Below are positions 9,701-21,310 of a stretch of DNA of 25,691 nt, one piece after another. Below the pieces are notes generated by a model. It saw only the letters and a list, made by a program, of their open reading frames with translations. It was not told where the DNA came from and searched no databases. The translations under genes were made by a program, and so were the position numbers. Origin of the DNA: Lepidodermella squamata (Eukaryota; Animalia; Gastrotricha). The stretch spans positions 1-25,691 of the forward strand of contig JBLDXI010000123.1 in NCBI GenBank assembly GCA_047495785.1, read 5' to 3'. Numbering within the stretch: position 1 is the stretch's first letter; each line of letters opens with the position of its first letter.

Positions 9701-11592
9701 TAATCTCACAATAGCTAATGTAATGGAGAGCCGTTCGTTTTTCTTTGGAGGTAACTGGAGGTTTTCCCTATTTAATCTTCGCGGGATTAAAACATCATGC
9801 CTACTTTTTAGGGCGGGTCGAAGCTTTTCGTTTAATGGCTATGATTGCCGAATCACACTCAACTTCAGGCGACCAAAATTTGGAAAAGATTGCTCAAATT
9901 TGTAAGGAAAGCGGGATGCAAACCAAGGACTTCTTATTTCCATCGCCCGATTATTCTATAATTTCCGCCGACTTCAACTCGTTATATCCAAGCTGTATGA
10001 TGGATGGCTACTATGCAATAGGACCACCTAAAGTATCCACCTTGGATCTCAGATTAAACAACGAGAAACTGCAGGAGATTTATTCAAAGGAATCTTTTTT
10101 TGGTGTCGTACAAGCACGCGTAAGCTCTTCGCATCTACATATCGTCTCCCTGCTTTCATCATCACCACATTATTTTGCTAGGTATTAGCGCCGAAAAACA
10201 TCTGGCTACCTGTACTCTGCTTTCGTAGTAAACAAAACAAGCTCGTGTTCTCATGTTGCTATGCTTGTTCGTCGACTGCAAATCCAAACTTGTGCGTTTC
10301 AAGCCGTGAATGCACCCATTCTGATTATGAAAGGTCCTGGATTGGTTCGTATTGCTCTGTGGAACTGAAGTACGCTACAGATGTTCATGGCTACAGATTG
10401 CTGGAAGTCTACGAGGTTAATAATTTTGTTTAGCCAACTCATGCATGGCTTCTATCAAGTTATTTTTTTTAGATATGGGAGTTCAAGAAGAGCAATACAA
10501 TTTTCAGAGATTTCATTAAAAGATTCACCATTTTGAAGGCCGAATCCTCCGGCTGGCCGCCAAACTGTGCTACTAGTGAACAAAAAGCACAGTATTTGGA
10601 GCAATGGGAACGCATTGGTATAACGATTGATAGCAACACATCTCGTGAGAGTAAGAACCCTGGGTTACGCGCGATCGCCAAATTAGTTTTGAACAGCTTT
10701 TTTGGTCGATTTGCTATGAATTCTAATCTAGAGAGAACAGATTATATCAAATCCCCGTTTCTGCTTCAGCAAATGCTAAATAATCCAGCTTTGGAAATTG
10801 TGGATATTCAACCACTAGGCTTACTCATCAACTCTGATGATGTCTCTCGCTTGCGAATTGTAACACGGCCAACCAAAGATGCCGACGTTCCAAATGGATC
10901 CACCTCAGTTATAACAGCGGCCTTCGTAACAGCTAATGCTCGTGTGAAACTGGCTCGTGAGCTGTACCGAGTCGGCCCAAAAAGTGCTATCTACAGCGGT
11001 TAGAGAATAGCGCCGCTTATGCTACCAACATCTCTACGTTTTTTGTCTTTTGTTTTAGACACGGATTCAATTTTTTGCCTTCAAGGGCCTGGAATTACTA
11101 AAATTGAGTTCACACCCGTTCTTGGCGGCTTGGCGGATCAGCTTGATACAGGGCAACGCATCATTGCAATGGTTGTACTGGGCTGTAAGGCATATGCCCT
11201 ACTTTTTGCTGACGGCAAAGCCAAGCTAATGTTAAAGGTAATTGCTACTTGTTGTTACGCCCTCTGTTTTTTATTATTTACGTCACGCGCAGGGAATACG
11301 TCAAAGTTTTCATTCACACAGTCTTCTCGATTTTTTCTTGTTCATCAAGCATGTAATACAAAGTCTCCACGATAACGAAACCAGCGGAAGCGGGGGCCGG
11401 GGTGATAACAACAAAAACAGCGTCATCGCTGAATTGGATCAGACTCAGTTTAAAAAAGTGCATACTCCGTTATCGGAAATTCATTGTGTTCATATAACAA
11501 AAAAGATTCGTTTAACCTATGATAAACGTTGGCTACGCCCCGGCGATGCTTCCTTTCTAACTTATCCACATGGATATAGCGCTGATCAATGA
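6734..11592 (+). CDS. polB: Protein-primed family B DNA polymerase, about 1425 aa, 11 exons (introns 7893-7949, 8028-8079, 8274-8332, 8767-8826, 8899-8956, 9751-9811, 10120-10181, 10416-10472, 10999-11058, 11238-11292)
   Basis: One open frame after splicing: Cys/His-rich region, ExoI FWDTET, ExoII AHNSANFD, ExoIII YCIQD, FFG|GRVE, motif A DFNSLYP, KAESSGWP, motif B KLVLNSFFG, motif C YS|DTDS, K|G, terminal YDKR...TYPHGY. Confidence 0.93.
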
Positions 11593-11599
11593 TCGATTA

Positions 11600-12751
11600 T
11601 TACATGAATAAACTCCAAAACCCTGTGCCAGCTTGAAACTTGTTGATTTTATTTATCTTACGCTGTGACGTTCTTCGGAAAAGTTTTCCAGGTGGTGATA
11701 TTTGTGTTTGATCAGTCATAGAACGTGGCTTTCTACCGCGCTTTTGACCCTTCCGTGGCGTTGCCGCTGCAGTTGCTGCTCCAGCTAGCTCAATTTCCAT
11801 CGGTTCAGCGGCAGCGGCTTCTTCTTGCCTTTCTGCTTGATTATCATCATTATCAGCACCATCTTGCAGCTCTTCACTATTGCTGCCGCTGCTGTCCTCA
11901 TCGCCGCTAAACGAAGACGACCCTGCTGTTGTGTTGCTGTCTCGAGGGGCCTGGGGGGTGCGCGCGCGGGGGGTCCCTCCTCTCGTAGGCAGCTGCTCAT
12001 CATTAGGCCGATCAACAACAACATCATCGTGGCTGAGGACGGTCGTGGCTGCAGCGCTAGAAGTCGATGATGTTTGCGGGGCAGCGAATAGAAAATCCAT
12101 TTGAAGATCATCAAATTCATAATTGCTGCTATTATCAGTTGAAGGTCGTGGCGTTGTATTAGGTGAAAACTGCTGCTGAAAGCCGCCAATACCCGAATCT
12201 CTGTTATAGTTGTTATAGCTAGGCCCGGCCGCTTGACCAAAATTACTAGATGTTAATTTAGTAGGTTGTTGGCGCGCAAGTTGTTGTTGCTGCTGTTTTT
12301 TTGGAGGAGGAGGAGGAGGAGGAGAAGAAGCAGAAGGAAGCGGCGGCGGCGGCAGCGGAGGAGGAGGAGGAGGAGGAGGAGGAGGAGGAGGAGGAGAGCG
12401 CGGCCTCGATTCTGCTCGATCTGCTGGTGCAGGCGACATTGGAATAGCGGCTGGCGGCTGGCTACTGCCTTGTAAAACTACCAGCTTCTTCAAATTCATA
12501 ATCTCATGCATGAGTTCGTTACGTTTTCGCACTAAATCGGCTGAATTATCACTACTACTAGCGTTGTTTATCACATCCCGGTCTAAAGACTGTAATAGCT
12601 GCACTAGTTTGAAAAGCAGAGGATTGCTCAGCAATGTTTTAGCAGCAATCAAGTCGCTCGCGTTTGGTTGTTGTTGTTGTTGTTGTGCTGGAGTTGGCCC
12701 AGGTGTCGCAAGTGGAACAATAGTCATGCGCTGTGCATAGTTTCGCTGCAT
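11600..12751 (-). CDS. Pro-rich, low-complexity Maverick accessory protein, 383 aa
   Basis: Long ORF convergent with pPolB; N-terminal YAQRMTIVP resembles from memory the AxKMxLVP start of a conserved Maverick ORF; helical segment, poly-Pro, acidic tract, basic tail, terminal Trp. Confidence 0.7.
   Translation of the reverse strand: MQRNYAQRMTIVPLATPGPTPAQQQQQQPNASDLIAAKTLLSNPLLFKLVQLLQSLDRDVINNASSSDNSADLVRKRNELMHEIMNLKKLVVLQGSSQPPAAIPMSPAPADRAESRPRSPPPPPPPPPPPPPLPPPPLPSASSPPPPPPPKKQQQQQLARQQPTKLTSSNFGQAAGPSYNNYNRDSGIGGFQQQFSPNTTPRPSTDNSSNYEFDDLQMDFLFAAPQTSSTSSAAATTVLSHDDVVVDRPNDEQLPTRGGTPRARTPQAPRDSNTTAGSSSFSGDEDSSGSNSEELQDGADNDDNQAERQEEAAAAEPMEIELAGAATAAATPRKGQKRGRKPRSMTDQTQISPPGKLFRRTSQRKINKINKFQAGTGFWSLFM
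12303..12395 (+). repeat. (GGA)n/(GGC)n trinucleotide tract encoding poly-proline on the minus strand (mirror at about 13399-13491)
   Basis: Visible directly in the sequence. Confidence 0.9.
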
Positions 12752-12754
12752 AGT

Positions 12755-13168
12755 TTAGATTCGAAGAAGCCTCTTGAGTTCTGAATAATCAAACTTTAGC
12801 CTGGGTGCAAAGGATTTCAATACAGTGGGTAAAACTGCAAAAAAGGAAGCTTTCGAAGCCTTATTTCGCCTATTGTTCTTGTTGCTATTAAGGCAGTGTC
12901 GAATAAAAACTTGCCGGTTGTGCTCGACCAAATTGACACCTTTTTGTTTCAATTTAGCCAAATCAGGGGCCAGAACAGTACTAGTGCTGCGAAGCCAATA
13001 CAAGGCGCAACGGCTAAGAAATCGTATAAGGCTAACAGAGCTAGTTGCTAAAATATCAGCACGCTGACCGGGGTGAGCATGCAATAACCATTTCAATGCA
13101 AGAAAAAGCCGCCGTTTTTTATCAAGACTGAACGATGGTGACGTTGCTGAGGTAATAACTTTATTCAT
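12755..13168 (-). CDS. Small basic protein resembling a conserved Maverick/Polinton small ORF, 137 aa (single copy, in spacer)
   Basis: LKWLLHAHPGQRADILATSSVSLIRFLSRCALYWLR pattern and amphipathic C-terminal FFAVLPTVLKSF; TATAAAA 32 nt upstream; stop lies 3 nt before the next ATG. Family assignment is from memory. Confidence 0.6.
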   Translation of the reverse strand: MNKVITSATSPSFSLDKKRRLFLALKWLLHAHPGQRADILATSSVSLIRFLSRCALYWLRSTSTVLAPDLAKLKQKGVNLVEHNRQVFIRHCLNSNKNNRRNKASKASFFAVLPTVLKSFAPRLKFDYSELKRLLRI

Positions 13169-13199
13169 TTAACGACGAAAATTGGGCGGCAATGAATCC

Positions 13200-13206
13200 T
13201 TTTATA
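13200..13206 (-). promoter_or_regulatory. Putative TATA box for the 137-aa ORF
   Basis: TATAAAAG on the minus strand about 30 nt upstream of ATG 13168. Confidence 0.45.
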
Positions 13207-13219
13207 ATAGTACATATCA

Positions 13220-13288
13220 TCATTTCTTTGAGACTAAAATGTAAGCGTAACCAGGTTTACTACCGAAGCCATTGCTCGAACGAATGCG
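13220..13288 (-). pseudogene. Possible 3' remnant of the packaging ATPase gene, cut at the breakpoint
   Basis: Reads (L)RIRSSNGFGSKPGYAYILVSKK*, loosely like the LRxRT...Y C-terminus of Maverick ATPases; only 22 codons. Confidence 0.3.
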
Positions 13289-14194
13289 GAGATTATGAAT
13301 TTGAAGAAGCTGGTAGTTTTACAAGGCAGTAGCCAGCCGCCAGCCGCTATTCCAATGTCGCCTGCACCAGCAGATCGAGCAGAATCGAGGCCGCGCTCTC
13401 CTCCTCCTCCTCCTCCTCCTCCTCCTCCTCCTCCTCCGCTGCCGCCGCCGCCGCTTCCTTCTGCTTCTTCTCCTCCTCCTCCTCCTCCTCCAAAAAAAAC
13501 AGCAGCAACAACAACTTGCGCGCCAACAACCTACTAAATTAACATCTAGTAATTTTGGTCAAGCGGCCGGCCTAGCTATAACAACTATAACAGAGATTCG
13601 GGTATTGGCGGCTTTCAGCAGCAGTTTTCACCTAATACAACGCCACGACCTTCAACTGATAATAGCAGCAATTATGAATTTGATGATCTTCAAATGGATT
13701 TTCTATTCGCTGCCCCGCAAACATCATCGACTTCTAGCGCTGCAGCCACGACCGTCCTCAGCCACGATGATGTTGTTGTTGATCGGCCTAATGATGAGCA
13801 GCTGCCTACGAGAGGAGGGACCCCCCGCGCGCGCACCCCCCAGGCCCCTCGAGACAGCAACACAACAGCAGGGTCGTCTTCGTTTAGCGGCGATGAGGAC
13901 AGCAGCGGCAGCAATAGTGAAGAGCTGCAAGATGGTGCTGATAATGATGATAATCAAGCAGAAAGGCAAGAAGAAGCCGCTGCCGCTGAACCGATGGAAA
14001 TTGAGCTAGCTGGAGCAGCAACTGCAGCGGCAACGCCACGGAAGGGTCAAAAGCGCGGTAGAAAGCCACGTTCTATGACTGATCAAACACAAATATCACC
14101 ACCTGGAAAACTTTTCCGAAGAACGTCACAGCGTAAGATAAATAAAATCAACAAGTTTCAAGCTGGCACAGGGTTTTGGAGTTTATTCATGTAA
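13289..14194 (+). pseudogene. 5'-truncated copy of the Pro-rich ORF with two compensating 1-nt indels
   Basis: Lacks the first ~82 codons; A8 versus A7 at 13492-13499 and a missing G near 13570. Confidence 0.85.
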
Positions 14195-14201
14195 TAATCG
14201 A

Positions 14202-17200
14202 TCATTGATCAGCGCTATATCCATGTGGATAAGTTAGAAAGGAAGCATCGCCGGGGCGTAGCCAACGTTTATCATAGGTTAAACGAATCTTTTTTGTTAT
14301 ATGAACACAATGAATTTCCGATAACGGAGTATGCACTTTTTTAAACTGAGTCTGATCCAATTCAGCGATGACGCTGTTTTTGTTGTTATCACCCCGGCCC
14401 CCGCTTCCGCTGGTTTCGTTATCGTGGAGACTTTGTATTACATGCTTGATGAACAAGAAAAAATCGAGAAGACTGCGTGAATGAAAACTTTGACGTATTC
14501 CCTGCGCGTGACGTAAATAATAAAAAACAGAGGGCGTAACAACAAGTAGCAATTACCTTTAACATTAGCTTGGCTTTGCCGTCAGCAAAAAGTAGGGCAT
14601 ATGCCTTACAGCCCAGTACAACCATTGCAATGATGCGTTGCCCTGTATCAAGCTGATCCGCCAAGCCGCCAAGAACGGGTGTGAACTCAATTTTAGTAAT
14701 TCCAGGCCCTTGAAGGCAAAAAATTGAATCCGTGTCTAAAACAAAAGACAAAAAACGTAGAGATGTTGGTAGCATAAGCGGCGCTATTCTCTAACCGCTG
14801 TAGATAGCACTTTTTGGGCCGACTCGGTACAGCTCACGAGCCAGTTTCACACGAGCATTAGCTGTTACGAAGGCCGCTGTTATAACTGAGGTGGATCCAT
14901 TTGGAACGTCGGCATCTTTGGTTGGCCGTGTTACAATTCGCAAGCGAGAGACATCATCAGAGTTGATGAGTAAGCCTAGTGGTTGAATATCCACAATTTC
15001 CAAAGCTGGATTATTTAGCATTTGCTGAAGCAGAAACGGGGATTTGATATAATCTGTTCTCTCTAGATTAGAATTCATAGCAAATCGACCAAAAAAGCTG
15101 TTCAAAACTAATTTGGCGATCGCGCGTAACCCAGGGTTCTTTTTATCCAACTTGGTGCTATCAATCGTTATACCAATGCGTTCCCATTGCTCCAAATACT
15201 GTGCTTTTTGTTCACTAGTAGCACAGTTTGGCGGCCAGCCGGAGGATTCGGCCTTCAAAATGGTGAATCTTTTAATGAAATCTCTGAAAATTGTATTGCT
15301 CTTCTTGAACTCCCATATCTAAAAAAAATAACTTGATAGAAGCCATGCATGAGTTGGCTAAACAAAATTATTAACCTCGTAGACTTCCAGCAATCTGTAG
15401 CCATGAACATCTGTAGCGTACTTCAGTTCCACAGAGCAATACGAACCAATCCAGGACCTTTCATAATCAGAATGGGTGCATTCACGGCTTGAAACGCACA
15501 AGTTTGGATTTGCAGTCGACGAACAAGCATAGCAACATGAGAACACGAGCTTGTTTTGTTTACTACGAAAGCAGAGTACAGGTAGCCAGATGTTTTTCGG
15601 CGCTAATACCTAGCAAAATAATGTGGTGATGATGAAAGCAGGGAGACGATATGTAGATGCGAAGAGCTTACGCGTGCTTGTACGACACCAAAAAAAGATT
15701 CCTTTGAATAAATCTCCTGCAGTTTCTCGTTGTTTAATCTGAGATCCAAGGTGGATACTTTAGGTGGTCCTATTGCATAGTAGCCATCCATCATACAGCT
15801 TGGATATAACGAGTTGAAGTCGGCGGAAATTATAGAATAATCGGGCGATGGAAATAAGAAGTCCTTGGTTTGCATCCCGCTTTCCTTACAAATTTGAGCA
15901 ATCTTTTCCAAATTTTGGTCGCCTGAAGTTGAGTGTGATTCGGCAATCATAGCCATTAAACGAAAAGCTTCGACCCGCCCTAAAAAGTAGGCATGATGTT
16001 TTAATCCCGCGAAGATTAAATAGGGAAAACCTCCAGTTACCTCCAAAGAAAAACGAACGGCTCTCCATTACATTAGCTATTGTGAGATTATCATAAATCT
16101 CCTGTGCTCTCGGGTGTTGTTTGAAACTAGCTCTAATTTCATGCTCCCAAAAGCTTTGAAGAATGTAACCATTCGAGCGAAACAACTCTTCACGTTCCAA
16201 GGTTTGCTTGTAAACTACGCCGTTTGGTTGTCCAGATAGAAAATTTAGTTGTGAGGCCTCAAAGCATTGCAAGCAGCCATGGACAGCACAACCATGAACC
16301 TCGACAATCAGATCGGGTTCACTCGGAATTTTATCACGACGTGCAACAAAACCGTCGACGCGATAAGGATAACGGTGGCCAGGTATAGATATTCGAACTT
16401 CTTGACGTGAGTTCTGAGCGTGTTTCATTGAACCATAAGTTTCAGGGTCAGACTCCATCAGAAATTGAAGAAAAGCTATCGAGAGCCTGCTGTGTGAATC
16501 CTTGCCACAGTAGCCAGCGGTCGGGATGACAGGTAATGTATCCTTCGTAAGAAACAGCTTGCGGAAGCATGTGCTTGTGAGAGAAGCTAGTGTGATGCAT
16601 TCTTTAAAGGCATCAGTAGAACACAACTCCAGCATTAGCGCCCGAAATTTGATTGACGCCTTTTCCAAAACTAGACAATCCTGTATGCAGTATTGCAGTA
16701 ACGTGTGGCGAACACTGAACCGTTTCAGTTTGTTTTCGTTGTAGAAAGTTAGAAATTCTGCTCTTTCAGAAGGAGACATTTTGTCAGGCTCATAGTAGAT
16801 CATATTAGGCAGCTGTGGGAATTCGAGATTGAAACTCGAAGGATTACAGCGAATTCAATCACAATAGCTCAAGAAGTTGATGATGTACTTACTTTTCTTT
16901 AGTGCATAAGACGTAAGGAAAGAAGGTTTTCTTGTCTGGGATTCCCATTGTTGCTGGTAAATCCCTGTTGTTGAACAAATACCTGTAAGCAATGTAGTTT
17001 CTTAGTGTTTCTTAGGTAACCTACCTTAATCTGCATTGAAAAAAGAGATATGAATCCAAAAATCTGATTTTTTGTTGTTTGAAATCAATGCATAGTAGAG
17101 ATCCCTGCCTTTGAAGAATCTTCACTTTAGAACATCGTGTTTGAATTTCTTTCAGTAATAATAAGGAATCGAAATTGGCTGAGTTGTGAGCCAAATAAAT

Positions 17201-19057
17201 CGACTGGTAATTCATAGGTAGAAGCACCCAGTTTACGAAATCCTCCAGAGGACGACTTCCATAAAAAATATGAAGTCCACAACTAGAATGGCATCGCTGA
17301 ATCCTCGCTTCGATGCAGTGAGGTATGCATACGACCTTTGCAACGATAAGGCATACTTGGAACTCATTGTTGTTATCAGCAAGTGATGGCGAAAATGTCT
17401 CAGTGTCCCAAAAAACTAGGTTACGATAACGTTCCAGTTTATTCGCCGGTTTCAAGGGCTAAAAATACACCAACCACAGTATTTTGAAAAAAGCTGGACT
17501 GAAAAAAATGAGTATACCAAGGGAGTCATGAAGCAGAAGTGTGTGCCATTTTCTTCGTCGCTGGCTTTCAAAGGCTCCTGACAAATGTGACAGCGCCGCC
17601 CGGGACACATAGCCTCATGCTTGAGAAAATGTACAAATTTCCTCCCGCATTTAAAGCATGGATTCTTTTTAGCACATTTGTGGTTTTGCTTACAACGTTC
17701 GCTATACAAAACTAAAAACATAAAAAGAGCTGAATAATAATGAAAAGGTTAAAAACATCAGACCTGCACGACATTGCGGACACCGCGTGTAGTTTTGTTG
17801 GTCTGTGTTGGAAATCACACGGCAAATGCTCCCTGATACACCTAAAATAATATTAATGATAAAAGAAGTGAAATTCAGGTTTTTCATGTAAAAATTACGG
17901 CAGGAAGAGCATGCCAACTTGCATCTGTGCACAGCCGTACTCGTTTTCGTCTGAAAGCAAGTGGGGCATATTCGTTGTGCATTGCTAAGAGTGGCCTTCA
18001 TAAAGTTGAGATTCGCAATGACATGAAAATGATGACTGTTGGGCTGAGAGACGTCGTTGCGATAAACCAGTAGAACAACAGGAAGCAACCCAAGGCTTAC
18101 GCGATGATCAAATTCTGGGATTTCCCTAATAACATCCTGTGATTCGTACGAGTATACTACGAATCTGTAAGTATTATGTTCAGGATCGATAGCCGAACAC
18201 AGGGCTGAGTAATGATCATCTAGATTGTAGGCTGGAAGGTTGAGAGGTAAGCCCGCTTTCTGATATAGCGCCGTGGCTTCGCGAAATTGACGATTGGTTC
18301 GCGTACTACGTATCGATTTGAAGGTTGCTTGAAGAGATGGATCCGTAGGATTCGCCTTCATGTGAGCCAAAGCCACTCCAGTGATGAGAGCTCTGCCCAT
18401 GCAAAGATTGTTCGTTTCATTCTTGCGCGCTCCGATTCTAACGATCGATTTGGAGCGAAGAAAAAATTTGTCCAAAGTTTCGTTTATAGCCCGCTCTGCC
18501 CGAGAACCACCAACAATTTGACCTAGATCTGCATTGGGGTTATCAATGACACAGAGACGAATTGTCCACCGACCAGCAAATGAGAGTTCTTCATTACTCT
18601 GTAATATTTTTCTCAGTTGATCAAAAATTGAAATTTCCAGCAACCGATCGCGTTTCATGAAGGGTAGGCTAAGAGGCATCTTCAAGTCGGGGTGGTACAG
18701 TGTTAGCCGGCAGAAGGAATTCACAGGTAAATCACGATGGATATTTACAACAATATCGAACAGGAAGTTGGCCAGAATATTGAAGCGGGTCTCCAAATCA
18801 ATATTAGCCACCTGGTCGGCTGGTACGTTCTGCACAAATGATCGAATATTATCCAGTCGAGGTTCATCAGCGCCACCAGACAATTGAATCATCGGCCCAA
18901 GCGAACTAGAAGATTGGCCATATCTGTTGATGTAGGTTGAGGCAAAGTCGGATGTTACGGGCTGAATGAAGTACTCCACAGAAAACATTTTGAATTTTGT
19001 AGAATGAATCAGGCGATTACTTCGAATAAATGAGTATTGTAAACTATAGTTATCCAT
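14202..19057 (-). CDS. polB: pPolB, mirror copy (about 1424 aa, same 10 introns)
   Basis: Reverse complement of 6734-11592; differs by TKLDK versus NTSRES and one H/R change. Confidence 0.93.
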
Positions 19058-19174
19058 AACAATCTAAGATTAAAAATTTAAAATTGATCGAATTTGGGAA
19101 GAGGTAAAACTTTATTACAAGGATAGATTGAAATAAATATTCAGTAAGTCATTTTAGTCAAGTTTTGTGTTAGC

Positions 19175-19696
19175 TTATTCATTGGCTGTTTCAATCATCG
19201 CTGCAACAGTTAACACCCCAGTTGCAAGGTCTTGAAACTGAGCTGCATCAAGAGAGACTCCTTGTCTTGAGGGTTGTTTATTTCCTAAAAAGTTAAATCA
19301 TAAAAAGATTGCTATTACTGTAAATTTGAAGTAAATACCTTTAGCATCCAGATAAAACCTGCGTATATCTATAAGAATCGGTGAAAATGATGGCACAAAG
19401 ACACAGACTTCAATTTTGCATTCATGCATCGAAAATTTAAAGCCTGTGTTGTGAGATAGCAGGGCAAGTTGAGCCTGAGCAACCCAAGCATCATTCGGCG
19501 GTCGAAAATAAGGAACGAACTGGCTAAGAAATTCGTCTTGTCTAAAGGCGAGTTTTTTAGGCTTATCGTTCTTATCTTTGCGATCAGTCATTATGTAGAT
19601 GAGATTAGAATCCTGAGGATGCTGTTGAATGACCAAGTTACTAGACATGTGATGATTGACTGTCTGGTTAGCAGATTCTACTATCGCCTCAGCCAT
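19175..19696 (-). CDS. PC4-like protein, mirror copy
   Basis: Reverse complement of 6095-6616. Confidence 0.8.
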
Positions 19697-19738
19697 GATT
19701 ATTGAAAATTAAATCTAATGAAATAAGAATGTAAAACT

Positions 19739-20101
19739 TTAAGGGATGGGTTCTTTATATTGGCATAACTTTTCATGCCCAAAAATGAGGTCATAAGTTA
19801 GAGTAATGGGACAGCCTTTATCAGAATATTGGCATTTGTAAATCAAATTCGAGATAATGTTCGATAAAATTACAGGGGGTTTAACGAAATCTTTCCCTGT
19901 TAATGATTCGCGGCAAAGTGGACAGCAACATACTGTTCGAGCTGAATTTTGAAAAATAGCGAGAACACATTTAGTACAAAATAAATGGCCACAGGGGCGC
20001 GTTTGAATAGGATTAAGTAGGATAGATAAACAAATTGGACATTGCAAAGATTCAGCGTCTAAAATCTGGCTGTTCGAGAGCACAAGTCTTGTTGGATCCA
20101 T
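19739..20101 (-). CDS. RING finger protein, mirror copy
   Basis: Reverse complement of 5690-6052. Confidence 0.88.
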   Translation of the reverse strand: MDPTRLVLSNSQILDAESLQCPICLSILLNPIQTRPCGHLFCTKCVLAIFQNSARTVCCCPLCRESLTGKDFVKPPVILSNIISNLIYKCQYSDKGCPITLTYDLIFGHEKLCQYKEPIP

Positions 20102-20111
20102 CAATGAGGAT

Positions 20112-20876
20112 TCAAGTCTGAGAGATTACAGGCGTGATAAGAGAGGCAACATACTGAGAAGCTTGCTTTAGAACCTCAGAGGCATTCAAATTATCAGTGT
20201 CGATAACAAGCACGGGACATGGTAGGGATTTGTTTGTAGTCTCAACAGTACACATTTTTTCATGAAACTCATGTACGAGGCGTAAATAATCCAGTGATAA
20301 TAGCATTTCAGAACCCCGAGCTCTAGCTACGGCTCTTTGACAAGCTATTTGGGGAGAGGAGCGCAAGTAAATAATAGCTTCAGTTTTTACAAAATTCGGC
20401 TCGAAATTATCATACAAATTCATGAGAGCGTGATATTCGATAGAATTTATGCGCTTGGATGCATACGCACATGGGATAAAGACGTTTTTAGAACAGAAGG
20501 GCGTTCGATCATGCAGAACGATAGTATGCGCCCCGTAGATTTCAGGTTTGTGGTTAGGGGCTGAATAAAGGCCGCACATATCACTCGTGGCTACAATTTG
20601 AAAGTTGAACGCATTTTTCATCTGATAGTAATCTTTCAAAATGTTAGTTTTATCGTCATCAGTAAAGGACTCCCAACGATGAACAGGCTCGCAAATTGGC
20701 CACGCGGTATATCCCTGAAGTTTACGGTTGAGTGAAGGTAGATTAGTGAGACCCTCGATTAAGGTTGATTTCCCGCTAAAACAAGAGACTTTAAATAGAA
20801 TTCTATTCGGTGGAGTATATGAGACTTACGCCCCAATGTTGCCGACTATGCCGAAATGGTAGACTTTAGGATGCAT
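20112..20876 (-). CDS. Deoxynucleoside kinase, mirror copy (intron 20776-20829)
   Basis: Reverse complement of 4915-5679. Confidence 0.92.
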
Positions 20877-21310
20877 CCAGCTTGCTTCAAGAAATATGCT
20901 AAGTGTATTCTTGAAGCATCTCTCTTAAATAGTCTGAGTGATATTTCCATAAAAGGAAAAAACAGGGAGATGTTTTGTTTGAATTGTTTAAGGTAATTAC
21001 ACCGTAAAGGGTAAAAAATCCTAATTGCTTTTTATTTTGATAAGTAAAAAATCGCATTGTTTAATTAGGGAGGATGTATAAGATTTATTGACATGATGTT
21101 TTCTTATTGAATTACCGACAGCAATTAAGGAGGATGTATACAATACCAAGAATCTTTGATGAAAAGCATTAAAGCCAGCACTGAGGGGTCAACAGAGCTA
21201 AAGGCCCTAATGCATTTTTAAGGAAGATTGAATTACAAAAACAATATGCCTGAAAGGAGGTAGCCGCTCACATAAAAATCGAACCTCAGTAACAATATAA
21301 ATTATAAAAT

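Larger units (their letters stand above)
3524..12505 (+). repeat. Left arm (8982 bp) of giant inverted repeat
   Basis: ORF track is mirrored with identical translations; coordinates pair as x+y=25791 (outer part) and 25794 (inner part). Confidence 0.97.

Noticed and set aside
6734-11592. pPolB as a frameshifted pseudogene or a case of stop-codon recoding
   Set aside because: Every break is explained by a phase-compatible GT-AG segment of uniform size, and all catalytic motifs are intact.
12266-12475. Arg-rich protamine-like ORF, and the Glu-rich ORF at 13347-13529
   Set aside because: Alternative-frame readings of the poly-proline trinucleotide tract.
3524-12505. Treating the 9-kb arms as ordinary terminal inverted repeats of a complete element
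   Set aside because: The inner boundary cuts through a coding sequence and only 783 bp is unique, so this is a rearrangement of a half element.
13492-13572. Compensating frameshifts as programmed recoding
   Set aside because: Both are 1-nt changes in homopolymers in an already truncated copy; sequencing error or neutral slippage is more likely.
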